A DNA stretch of 63,910 bases, filler included. It is 5 parts of 5 records of this genome, joined end to end, with 100 filler letters (N's around TTAATTAATTAA, not from the genome) between each part and the next. Parts side by side here need not be neighbours in the genome. Positions count along the whole stretch, not along the records: positions 18,729 to 33,319 come from SRR31156797_268; positions 33,420 to 48,765 come from SRR31156797_270; 3 more parts are not named here. The stretch is one strand, 5' to 3'. The notes below the pieces were generated by a model. It was not told where the DNA came from, did not search any database, and saw only the letters and a program-made list of their open reading frames with translations. Below are positions 31,659 through 40,357 of this stretch, piece after piece; the stretch's first letter is position 1; every line of letters starts with the position of its first letter. Both the position numbers and the translations under genes were made by a program.

Positions 31659-32774
31659 ATGAAACTTAAAATCAATACATTTATATTAATGCTATTTGCT
31701 CTATTTATTACTTTTAACATAATTAGTTTTTCTTCAGAAGAAGTTTACTTACGTGCAAAAATCACAGAAGAAATTACCAAAATTGAAATTAATGACCCCG
31801 AAAGTGGCCTACTATATTCAGTTGAGTATAGTGCAATTATCAAAACCGGAGTTAATAAAGGAAAAGAAGTTTATCTGCAGAATTTAATATATGAAAATAG
31901 CATTTACAACACACCAGTAAAAGTTGGCGATAATATTATTCTTTATCAAGACTTTTCTACTGATGAACCGGAATATTATATTTATAGTCAGAATAAGTTA
32001 CCGCAACTCTTTTCACTTTTGATAATTTTTATTGTATTAGTTGTAAGTATTTCAAAAATGAATGGTCTAAAAGCAGTTATTGCACTTGGAATAACAATTT
32101 TATTAATCTTTAAAGGTCTGGTACCTTTAATACTAGCTGAATATTCACCAATTCTTTTAGCAATTGGATTCTGTATAATTTCAACAATTATTACTATATT
32201 GCTAATCACACAGGTTAAAGAAAAAATTATAATATCAATTCTTGGTACATCAGGAGGAGTTGTTATAGCAGGTCTCCTTTCATACCTGTATATAGATTTA
32301 ACCGGTGTCACAGGATATATCAATATGGAAGTTGTTAACTTCTCATATCTATTGGGAAATATTAGTTTAAGAGAACTTGTTGCTGCCGGAATAATAATCG
32401 GAAGCTTAGGTGCGGTTATGGATGTTGCTGTCTCTATCACTTCATCACTTTATGAATTAAAAGAAGTTAATAATGATATTGATTTTAAAACACTTGTTAA
32501 TTCTGGTTTTAATATTGGTAAAGATATTATTGGTACAATGGTAAACACTCTTGTTTTTGCCTATTTAGGAAGTTCACTTTTTACTATTTTACTTTTTTTA
32601 ATACAAAAAGATGACTTTCCTCTAATTAGAGTATTTAATACTGAGTTTATTATTGTCGAAGTATTGCGTGCATTGTGTGGTAGTTTTGGTATAATCGTTG
32701 TGGTTCCGATAACTACTCTGCTTGGAGGACTTATTTTATCGAAAAAATCAAAACATACTAAAGAAAATATATAG
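31659..32774 (+). CDS. YibE/F family membrane protein
   Basis: GIIIGSLGAVMDVAVSI, IGKDIIGTMVNTLVFAY.G, multiple TMs. Confidence 0.9.
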   Translation: MKLKINTFILMLFALFITFNIISFSSEEVYLRAKITEEITKIEINDPESGLLYSVEYSAIIKTGVNKGKEVYLQNLIYENSIYNTPVKVGDNIILYQDFSTDEPEYYIYSQNKLPQLFSLLIIFIVLVVSISKMNGLKAVIALGITILLIFKGLVPLILAEYSPILLAIGFCIISTIITILLITQVKEKIIISILGTSGGVVIAGLLSYLYIDLTGVTGYINMEVVNFSYLLGNISLRELVAAGIIIGSLGAVMDVAVSITSSLYELKEVNNDIDFKTLVNSGFNIGKDIIGTMVNTLVFAYLGSSLFTILLFLIQKDDFPLIRVFNTEFIIVEVLRALCGSFGIIVVVPITTLLGGLILSKKSKHTKENI

Positions 32775-32889
32775 TTTCTTGGAGAATAGTTAGTTAAAAT
32801 TAGAACCAAGATATTTTGACTCCTTCTTGTTTTTAATGTATAATTTCTTTAATGAATATAACATATATCTAATTATACTGGGAGGAAAT

Positions 32890-33270
32890 ATGCAAAACAT
32901 AATAATTGAACAAAAAAAAGACACACTGGGAATTACCTGTAATTTTGAAACAGAATCAATTATAATAAAAGGAACTTCTTACCCTGAAAATGCTCTTTTG
33001 TTTTTCGAGCCCGTTTTCAAATGGTTAGAGGAATATACAGCTTCTTCTAAAAAAAATATTAATCTGGAATTAAGCATTAATTATCTTAATACCAGTTCAT
33101 CTAAATGCATACTAGACTTACTTGAAATACTTGATGAATATTACGAAAAAACTGGTTTTGGAAATATTATTTGGTTTTACAGTTCAGGTGATAGAAGCAT
33201 GTTTGAAACAGGTGAAGAGTTTAAAGACTATTTATCAGTTCCGTTTAAGATAGTTGAAAAAAAATTATAA
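32890..33270 (+). CDS. SiaC family (DUF1987) protein, detached copy
   Basis: GTSYPENA, YLNTSSSK, WFY, GEEFKD; GGAGG RBS. Confidence 0.85.
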   Translation: MQNIIIEQKKDTLGITCNFETESIIIKGTSYPENALLFFEPVFKWLEEYTASSKKNINLELSINYLNTSSSKCILDLLEILDEYYEKTGFGNIIWFYSSGDRSMFETGEEFKDYLSVPFKIVEKKL

Positions 33271-33319
33271 TGAAATAAAATAATTATAAAGATAAATTTT
33301 AGTTTCTTTTTGATACATC

Positions 33320-33419
33320 NNNNNNNNNNNNNNNNNNNNNNNNNNNNNNNNNNNNNNNNNNNNTTAATTAATTAANNNNNNNNNNNNNNNNNNNNNNNNN
33401 NNNNNNNNNNNNNNNNNNN
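33320..33419. other. artificial contig spacer
   Basis: N-run with TTAATTAATTAA. Confidence 0.98.
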
Positions 33420-33448
33420 GAAAGGCACTATTTTACGGGAGGGTTACA
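33420..33448. mobile_element. terminal inverted repeat of an IS3-family element at contig start
   Basis: GAAAGGCACTATTTTACGGGAGGGTTACA shares its first 16 nt with the IS3 end at 47691-47719 and ends in CA. Confidence 0.75.
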
Positions 33449-33450
33449 AT

Positions 33451-33594
33451 ATGTTAGAGTATCTGAGTTCTATAAACAAAATTATGAAAAAACCAGTAGG
33501 TAGAATGTCTTTTAGTGAGTATTATTCGCTAGGTTTGTATTATTTTATCTTCTTCGCTTTATTAAATGCTCTGGTATTTGTTGTTTCTAGATAA
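33451..33594 (+). CDS. 47-aa small membrane peptide (not in ORF track)
   Basis: MLEYLSSINKIMKKPVGRMSFSEYYSLGLYYFIFFALLNALVFVVSR; similar to the next ORF. Confidence 0.5.
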   Translation: MLEYLSSINKIMKKPVGRMSFSEYYSLGLYYFIFFALLNALVFVVSR

Positions 33595-33625
33595 AAAATA
33601 ATGATATTTAAAAGAGAGGTGCGGC

Positions 33626-33796
33626 ATGATTAAATTTTTTCGTGAACTTAATAGTCTCATGGACAAACCACGTTACAAAATGACATACAGAGAGTATTGT
33701 TATGTGAGATACGCATTACCACTGCTATGTATTATGACAATCTCTATAATTAGCATAGTGGTGATTATAGCGACGGAGCTTAAAAGCATTTTATAG
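33626..33796 (+). CDS. 56-aa small membrane peptide (not in ORF track)
   Basis: MIKFFRELNSLMDKPRYKMTYREYCYVRYALPLLCIMTISIISIVVIIATELKSIL; GAGAGGT RBS. Confidence 0.55.
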   Translation: MIKFFRELNSLMDKPRYKMTYREYCYVRYALPLLCIMTISIISIVVIIATELKSIL

Positions 33797-33947
33797 TGGC
33801 TCTATAATAGCATGTATGGCTTAGTGTGGCTAATTGCGTCGCAAGATTGTGTATGATTTGAGATATTTTATGCCTATATTAGGCTCTATGTGGATTGATT
33901 CGTCCAATAATGATTCGAAATACAGATGAGAAAAGATCTAAGGTTAA

Positions 33948-34118
33948 TTATTTATTACAGGTTCCGTTTTTGTCTTTACCCTGGCACTCATTGCAGAGTT
34001 CGCCAGATGTTGGTTTTGAGTGCTTTACGTCATAGCCACTTTTTGGATCATTGGAACAGTTTCGGCAGAAGTGCCATGTGTCGTATTGAATTCCTTTTCT
34101 TTTTCTGTATTCAGCCAT
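33948..34118 (-). CDS. 56-aa Cys-rich putative metal-binding mini-protein (not in ORF track)
   Basis: MAEYRKRKGIQYDTWHFCRNCSNDPKSGYDVKHSKPTSGELCNECQGKDKNGTCNK; TAAGGAG RBS. Confidence 0.7.
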   Translation of the reverse strand: MAEYRKRKGIQYDTWHFCRNCSNDPKSGYDVKHSKPTSGELCNECQGKDKNGTCNK

Positions 34119-34234
34119 ATTTTTTCTCCTTACTTAGACTTTTCTCATTCTGTAAATCTAGTTATAATGTATAATATTGTGTAGCAACTAATAAGTGAGT
34201 TAATTCAGTTATAACTGACCTAATAGGTGAAATT

Positions 34235-34681
34235 ATGAAAAATAATAATTTAGCTTTAATGGTAACAAAGTGTTTAGTGCGGGAATTGAAGAAAGAAAAT
34301 AAGACAAAATCAATTGCACGTATATGTGAAATTGATGAGAATTACGTTGAACGTTTGGCATATGCGCAGGATAAGAAGCTTACCTTGGAAAGTTTCCTGC
34401 GGTTACTTGCTGAATATCAGCCTGAAAAAACGTATGAGCTTTTAGGCGAGATGTCTAACTGTATCATTGTACCTTTGCCTGAAGCTGAAAGGTTTGCCTC
34501 AAACGTTGCTTTAAAGAAGGCTACAGAAGTTATGAAAGAAGCTATTGCCACCTTCGAAATAGTACAGGAAGCTATTGAAGATGAAGTGTACACTGAAGAG
34601 GAGAAGCGTGAAACGTGTTTAGAAATAAATAAAACAATACAGGTCCTATCTGAGCTTAAGAGCATAGTTTACTCCTGTTAA
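34235..34681 (+). CDS. phage regulatory CII (CP76)-like protein
   Basis: N-terminal HTH-like region, hinge CIIVPLPE, C-terminal helices AIEDEVYTEEEKRE. Confidence 0.6.
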   Translation: MKNNNLALMVTKCLVRELKKENKTKSIARICEIDENYVERLAYAQDKKLTLESFLRLLAEYQPEKTYELLGEMSNCIIVPLPEAERFASNVALKKATEVMKEAIATFEIVQEAIEDEVYTEEEKRETCLEINKTIQVLSELKSIVYSC

Positions 34682-34689
34682 AATAAATC

Positions 34690-35224
34690 ATGTTGAGGCA
34701 TATAGTGCAAAATGTAATCACTGATAAAATTCTGAAATTGACTAAAGCTGATCAACCCTTTGTAGCATCTATTAATGGTGAATGGGGGTGCGGTAAGACA
34801 TATTGCTGAGATAGAAACTGAGTTTTCTTTGCAAGTAACTAAGTACATTGGTGATGGTGTTTTGTCTGATGAAGGGAAGGCACTCAGGAACGGTCTTTTC
34901 AAAAAGCTTAGAGTGGGCTTGTCATCTGTATTAACATTTTTGGAGCTTGAGGATTTAAGTAGTGTCGTTGTTTGTTTTGACGATTTTGAGAGACTATCAG
35001 AGAAAATTGCTTATCGGGATTTTATAGGTTTGCTTAGCCTGCTAAAAGAACAGAAAAGGTGTAAAGTTATTCTTATTCAAAACAGTAATGCAATTGATTT
35101 AGATAATGAACGTAAGGAAGAGATTAATACCTACCTAGAAAAAGCTGTTGATTATGAATTTATGTATAAATCTGCTGAGGGTCTGTTTAAAATTGTTAAA
35201 CCTGAATCGCTCCTAGTTTTATAG
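34690..35224 (+). pseudogene. KAP-family P-loop NTPase remnant
   Basis: Walker A INGEWGCGKT in a short ORF 34690-34809; Walker B VVVCFDDFERL and YLEK in another frame; far shorter than a full KAP. Confidence 0.75.
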
Positions 35225-35230
35225 AGACTT

Positions 35231-36709
35231 TTAGTTTATATATTTAGTTAAGGAGTGGATATCTTGTTCTTTAGCCATCCTGAGGCTAAAAAAGCCCTTT
35301 CTATTGGTCAGTATATAATCATAGATCTTTATGTTTTTCTGTTCAAGTCTATATGCGAGGATATCCAGTATTGTCATGTCATTTTGGGAAGGGATTAGAT
35401 TGCCTGAGTAGACGTTATGTATAACGATAATACTATCAGGCTCCCGTTTAGCTATATCTGTCATGATTTTGCTTATCAGTGTGCTAAGGTCAGTATTGTC
35501 ATCAGCGATCTTTTCTGCAGGAACGAATATGCTAAGTCCATTAATGAATCCGAGCATATAAAATTCAGTATTAAAAAGATTTTGGTTTCGCATTTTTTCT
35601 ACGCTTTGTTCAATAAAAAAATCAAGTGTCTGTTTTTTTCCAAATAAAAAATTTCTTGCAGACTGCAGTCCATCCAGTAAAAACTCCTGTAAAAAACCAG
35701 CGGTCTTGTCACTGATTTCAGGCATCTCAATTTTTTTGGAGGAGCTAAACGTTATCTTTGGAACTTCCAGCGAAGGTGACTTTTTGCTCCTGTTTGTGCT
35801 TTCATTACCTTGATATTCTTTCTTTGACTCCGGTGGGAACTCATAGTGTGAGCTCACTTGTTGTCGCTTCTCGGTTTTATCGATGGCAATAACGATCCTG
35901 TCTGGATTTTTTAACATAGAAGTTTTAAAAGTTTTTGATGAAAGATTGTCCAGCACAACTCTGAAAGTTCCCGGAGTGTTTTCTGCCCATCTGATTGCTT
36001 TGATAGATGAGTTTTCGAGTTCGATGCTTCCTCTTTTTTCTGTGATTGAAGCGATATCAACGTAGTATCTATCTATATTATTTTTATTTCTTGGAGCAGA
36101 AAGGCTACCTTCTAAATATATTGTATGGCGTGAAAGCGGAATAACCACTTTATCAGTTTTTTCATCAAAGTATATTTTGCCAACTGTTGCATTTTGACTA
36201 TCGTAGGCAGCGGCAGTTGCATCTTTATTTATTATATTCAATTTTTTTTTGGCCGTTATGGCATCTTCAGAATCCGGGAACCTGTTCATAACTTTTTTCA
36301 GCATATATATAGCTGATGGGGTATCATTATGTTCTAGATATATTTGTGCGCTTTGCAGGTATGCGAGTGATGCCAGTCGTGTATTGTAGTTTGATGCTAA
36401 TATTTTAAGATATTTTAATGTGTTCTTGATGTCCTGTTTGTTATGGAATCTCTGATATTTCTTGTAATAAGTTTGAACTGTATAATGTAAAGAGTCATCT
36501 GCCAGTTTTCCTTTCGGGTCTTTTCTATATACCTGATTGAGCCTCGATGCCACTATATTGAACTGGTTTTCAGTTGGTTTTTCTAACTTTGTAAGGTAGG
36601 AAAAGTCAGCTTTTGCTTTTATATAGTCAGAAGTATCAGCATATGCCGTAGTGGGTACTAATATCATACAGAAAATAAGATATTTTATATAAATTGATTT
36701 CAATACCAT
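35231..36709 (-). CDS. exported TPR + AMIN-like protein with C-terminal degenerate RadC/JAB-like domain
   Basis: Signal peptide AYA|D; TPR helices; AMIN-like DRYYVDI, FRVVLD, NPDRIVIAI; C-terminal IIVIHNVYSGNLIPSQND...IKIYDYIL...FFSLR. Confidence 0.75.
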   Translation of the reverse strand: MVLKSIYIKYLIFCMILVPTTAYADTSDYIKAKADFSYLTKLEKPTENQFNIVASRLNQVYRKDPKGKLADDSLHYTVQTYYKKYQRFHNKQDIKNTLKYLKILASNYNTRLASLAYLQSAQIYLEHNDTPSAIYMLKKVMNRFPDSEDAITAKKKLNIINKDATAAAYDSQNATVGKIYFDEKTDKVVIPLSRHTIYLEGSLSAPRNKNNIDRYYVDIASITEKRGSIELENSSIKAIRWAENTPGTFRVVLDNLSSKTFKTSMLKNPDRIVIAIDKTEKRQQVSSHYEFPPESKKEYQGNESTNRSKKSPSLEVPKITFSSSKKIEMPEISDKTAGFLQEFLLDGLQSARNFLFGKKQTLDFFIEQSVEKMRNQNLFNTEFYMLGFINGLSIFVPAEKIADDNTDLSTLISKIMTDIAKREPDSIIVIHNVYSGNLIPSQNDMTILDILAYRLEQKNIKIYDYILTNRKGFFSLRMAKEQDIHSLTKYIN

Positions 36710-36710
36710 A

Positions 36711-37460
36711 TCAACTAACTATCCCTGCCCTGAAGGCTTTGCTTAAGAGTTCATGGTAATTTTTGGTATCAAGCTTATGCATTACATTTTTTAAATGTTT
36801 ATTGACTGCACCGTTGGTTATGCCCATCATTACAGCAACCTTGTGTGAGTTATGAAAACGAGTGAAAAGTACGAGTGCTTCGTATTCTCTGTCTTTGATG
36901 TTATAGACATGTCTGGTCATGCTACTGCCAAGAGCGTGGGCTGTGTTCAGATAGCTGTATGCATGGGCGTGTAGAGCACGTTTAATACTATGAGGCTCTG
37001 TGTATACTTGATCATTAATAAAACTGACTAATAATACATGGTCACAAAATTCTTTTCTGTAAGTGAAAGCGTCGACGATACCGTATTTTTTAGCTTCCAT
37101 GTTTAGATTTATAGTTTCAGGGGTTAATAGGAATTTATTCCAGTCAGAAGCCCAGTGATACGGAGAAGGCTTATATAGCATTCCATAGAAAATTGGATCT
37201 ATCTCATACAGTTTCAATTTTTCATATTTATTTAAAAATTCTTCATTATATCCATTGTTGACTAACATTTTGAATTTTTTGTATTTTGGATTTATGGCTA
37301 TTATTTGAGAAATATTATGCGGGATTAAGCAGTTAGCATCAATTAAAGCATTCTTGACATCAATGATGTGATTCGCATCTTCCAGCTTCCGCTTTATTAC
37401 TAATATCCCATCGCTCATAGTTTTCGGTAGGGGTTCGTATGCCATATATATCTGTTCCAT
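36711..37460 (-). CDS. LuxR-family regulator with autoinducer-binding domain (solo)
   Basis: YNEEFLNKY..YEIDPI..YHW..AKKYG ligand domain; C-terminal HTH REYEAL...VNKHLKNVMHKL. Confidence 0.8.
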   Translation of the reverse strand: MEQIYMAYEPLPKTMSDGILVIKRKLEDANHIIDVKNALIDANCLIPHNISQIIAINPKYKKFKMLVNNGYNEEFLNKYEKLKLYEIDPIFYGMLYKPSPYHWASDWNKFLLTPETINLNMEAKKYGIVDAFTYRKEFCDHVLLVSFINDQVYTEPHSIKRALHAHAYSYLNTAHALGSSMTRHVYNIKDREYEALVLFTRFHNSHKVAVMMGITNGAVNKHLKNVMHKLDTKNYHELLSKAFRAGIVS

Positions 37461-37503
37461 AAAAAAATATACCAGAAAATTTATATATTTGACAGTGAGG
37501 TTG

Positions 37504-37532
37504 ATCCTGGTACCCCTCTGGGGTACTAGGAT
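37504..37532. promoter_or_regulatory. palindromic operator candidate between divergent LuxR genes
   Basis: ATCCTGGTACCCC-TCT-GGGGTACTAGGAT, 12/13 arm match, GC-rich in AT-rich DNA. Confidence 0.55.
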
Positions 37533-37677
37533 ACCTTATTGTAGACACCGTATTTAATTTAAACTATTTTTCTGCAACGTAGATGAACTGCATGCTTTTA
37601 TAGGAAAGATGTCCCTGGGACAGGTGTACGATTTCAAACTGTAAATTATAGGTTATAAAACGAATCGGGTGGGTTGT

Positions 37678-37902
37678 ATGCAAATAGCAAACATGAAACT
37701 GACAAAGCGGGAATACGAAGTTGCACTTTTAGTTGGTGATGGTCTTACCAATATTGAGACTGCTGAAAGGCTGAATGGGAGCAAGCATACGGTCAAGCAT
37801 CATCTTACTGTTATTTATCAGAAGCTGGATATTACTAATAGGTATCAGCTTATTAAGTTAGTTGCTAACGGTCAGATCCATGAATTTTACCAAGAGAAAT
37901 AA
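37678..37902 (+). CDS. stand-alone LuxR/GerE-type HTH regulator
   Basis: LTKREYEVALLVGDGLTNIETAERL...TVKHHLTVIYQKLDITNR. Confidence 0.85.
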   Translation: MQIANMKLTKREYEVALLVGDGLTNIETAERLNGSKHTVKHHLTVIYQKLDITNRYQLIKLVANGQIHEFYQEK

Positions 37903-37918
37903 ACTAGAGAGGTAGGAA

Positions 37919-38965
37919 ATGAAAAATGTATTAGTGGTTATGGTTATGCTTGTTATTCTGACAGGCTGTATTGGAGGAAAGGGTGTTAAGGATATGAAGG
38001 ATTCTGCCAGATCAAAGCTGAGAGGTAGTTATCTTTCATATAAAGACAGCAGACCTGAGATTAGTAAGGATGTTATCCAGTTTGATGAAGTTAAGCTGGC
38101 AGCTATACCTACACTGGATGCGAAGAAAATATCTGATATCAATTTTGCAGCGGCATGTCTTTCACAGGTTTACGAAGCGTCTGCTCTTTTGACTGATTTT
38201 TACTTTGAAGATGCAGAGGTACAGAGTTTTATAAAAGAAAGTCAGGATATTTGGAAACAAAAAGCTCCTGAACTGCTGGTAAATGCTAATTCAGAAGAAG
38301 GCGTGAACAAAACTTTTGCCACTTTTATGGATGAGCGTTTTGAAACCAAAGAATATGAAGAGATCATAAAACGCTACATTGCTCAAAGAGCCCTCTATGA
38401 TGACCGTGTAAAGAAGATGAGCGTTGATGCCGCAAAAACCCTTATTAAGAAATATCTGAACATTGACCTATTTAAGCAGGCAAAGGCTCCTGCCAGCTCC
38501 AGCATGATGCAGAAAATAAGCTTTACTAAAGAGATGGCAAAAGAGGGGACGAAACTTAAGACTCTAACTGAACAAGCTGTGGCAACAGGAACAGGGCTTG
38601 GACTGATCTCTGCGTCTGCGGTTTCAGAGATTAGTTTTGTAGCTATTGAGGTGGGCGAGTATACGCTGAATATCAGTGTCGCATTCGCACAGAATGCTGC
38701 TTCTACAGTTGCGACATTTGCAATTGTTGTTGTAGATAAAGCTGGAAATGCAGTTAATACAGTCATTAAAAATGGTCAAGTTGTTATAGCAGCAACAGGC
38801 GAGGTCGTTTGTGATGTCTCTGTAAACACTATGTATGCTGTTCTGGACACCATCTCGTACTTGGCTACTAATGGAATAGCTATGGCGACTGGTGAGCAAG
38901 GGTATTTTGACCAGTATGGTGTTATTCGACCTGTAGAAATACGATTTGTAATAGCGAAAGGTTGA
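37919..38965 (+). CDS. hypothetical lipoprotein
   Basis: Lipobox ILTGC; GAGGTAGG RBS; helical N-half, Ala/Val/Gly-rich C-half. Confidence 0.75.
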   Translation: MKNVLVVMVMLVILTGCIGGKGVKDMKDSARSKLRGSYLSYKDSRPEISKDVIQFDEVKLAAIPTLDAKKISDINFAAACLSQVYEASALLTDFYFEDAEVQSFIKESQDIWKQKAPELLVNANSEEGVNKTFATFMDERFETKEYEEIIKRYIAQRALYDDRVKKMSVDAAKTLIKKYLNIDLFKQAKAPASSSMMQKISFTKEMAKEGTKLKTLTEQAVATGTGLGLISASAVSEISFVAIEVGEYTLNISVAFAQNAASTVATFAIVVVDKAGNAVNTVIKNGQVVIAATGEVVCDVSVNTMYAVLDTISYLATNGIAMATGEQGYFDQYGVIRPVEIRFVIAKG

Positions 38966-38968
38966 TAA

Positions 38969-40204
38969 ATGCGTTTCATAATTATTATATTAACGCTTGT
39001 TTTTTCCATAACGGGCTGTGTCACTATCGACACAGCTCTAAAAATAAAAACAAGTGGTTCGGGAAGTACTTTTAAAGTAGAGATACCTTCTGACGTTAAT
39101 ATTAAGCAGTTAAAGATAAAAGTAGATTCTACTGAAGCTATCAGGACAGCATTAGTAATTAAATATGGTGATTCTTATCAGCGTTATCTCGATTATCTGA
39201 AGGGGCTACATATTGATTCAAAAGAAAATACTCTCCAGAACTCAGAAATCACTGTTGCTGCTCATGACAGTTATAACGGTTCGGTTAGTGAGAGAATATT
39301 TGAGCATATTTTGGAAAAATACAAGCCGATAGGGTTTAGCAATAGTGCAACTTATAATCGGCTTATAAAGGATGAGAAAGTCATTTTCGGACATAGCAGA
39401 GTTATGTTCAAAGATTTTGATGTTCTGCTTGTTATAGGAATTAACTCAAATTGCGATGGAAAACCACAATTTGATGTTCTAAAAGCATATGGAAACATTG
39501 TATGCGAGAACAAAGTAAAATTTACATTTGCATATCCGATGGTGAATAAAGACAAAGTCAGAAAAGTATTCGTCAACACAAAAGAATCTACAAGCGCAGA
39601 GGGAATTTCCAAAAGAAGTGCTCTTTTCAGATACATACGCAAACGTAATCAAGCGACTAAGCTGATTCTTGTTCAGGGTGATCAAATATTCTCAAAGGAA
39701 CAAAATAATACTTATACAATGCGGCAGGGAGACCTGTTGAAAATTCTCAAGGAAAGAGCATTCCAGCTCATGTCAGAAGAAAAACAAGCAGATTCAACTG
39801 CAGATACTCTGATCAAGCAGGCAATATGCCGTTCAGCTTTCATGACACTTGATAAAATCTCAAAACTCTACCCATCAGGTGGAAAAGTTAGTGCCGTTGC
39901 TGGAAATGATATCACTGTCGAAGGCTTGGATAATATTGGGTTCATGAATGGGCAGGATGCTGTGATCTTTGAAAGCAATGGTGCCCAAGATGTTCCACTG
40001 GCTTTGGCTAGTGTCACTAATGTCTCATATCTGCCAGGTCTAATCCATGCTGATCTCAGGGTCTATAAGTACTCTAATGAGGCAGCAGAAGACCGTTTGA
40101 AAGCTTATGAGGTTGGTAGTGTAGAAGGTACAGAGCTTTATGCTCTTGGGCTTGGTGTGACAAAAGAGTTCGTGAATGAAGGGGGACTCTGCAAAGTTGA
40201 ATAG
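38969..40204 (+). CDS. hypothetical lipoprotein, FlgT/CsgG-like C-terminal region
   Basis: Lipobox ITGC; C-terminus paralogous to 40354-41475. Confidence 0.7.
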   Translation: MRFIIIILTLVFSITGCVTIDTALKIKTSGSGSTFKVEIPSDVNIKQLKIKVDSTEAIRTALVIKYGDSYQRYLDYLKGLHIDSKENTLQNSEITVAAHDSYNGSVSERIFEHILEKYKPIGFSNSATYNRLIKDEKVIFGHSRVMFKDFDVLLVIGINSNCDGKPQFDVLKAYGNIVCENKVKFTFAYPMVNKDKVRKVFVNTKESTSAEGISKRSALFRYIRKRNQATKLILVQGDQIFSKEQNNTYTMRQGDLLKILKERAFQLMSEEKQADSTADTLIKQAICRSAFMTLDKISKLYPSGGKVSAVAGNDITVEGLDNIGFMNGQDAVIFESNGAQDVPLALASVTNVSYLPGLIHADLRVYKYSNEAAEDRLKAYEVGSVEGTELYALGLGVTKEFVNEGGLCKVE

Positions 40205-40213
40205 GAGCACGAT

Positions 40214-40357
40214 ATGAAACATTTAGTGATTTTGGTGATATTGATGACTTTTTTGTCGTCGTGTGGGCAACCTGCTGGTGATTCTATCGCCAGACAGCAA
40301 GCAGAATTAATGAGGCAAATTATGTCAGAAACTCAAGCTACGGGGATGGAACCATGA
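40214..40357 (+). CDS. 47-aa lipoprotein (not in ORF track)
   Basis: MKHLVILVILMTFLSSCGQPAG...; AGGAG RBS; ATGA overlap with the next gene. Confidence 0.7.
   Translation: MKHLVILVILMTFLSSCGQPAGDSIARQQAELMRQIMSETQATGMEP

Noticed and set aside
33926-34174. 82-aa plus-strand ORF from the track
   Set aside because: Shadow of the minus-strand Cys-rich ORF, which has a clear RBS
35231-36709. Calling it an N-acetylmuramoyl-L-alanine amidase or RadC
   Set aside because: No Amidase_3 catalytic motifs; the JAB HxH motif is degenerate and follows a signal peptide
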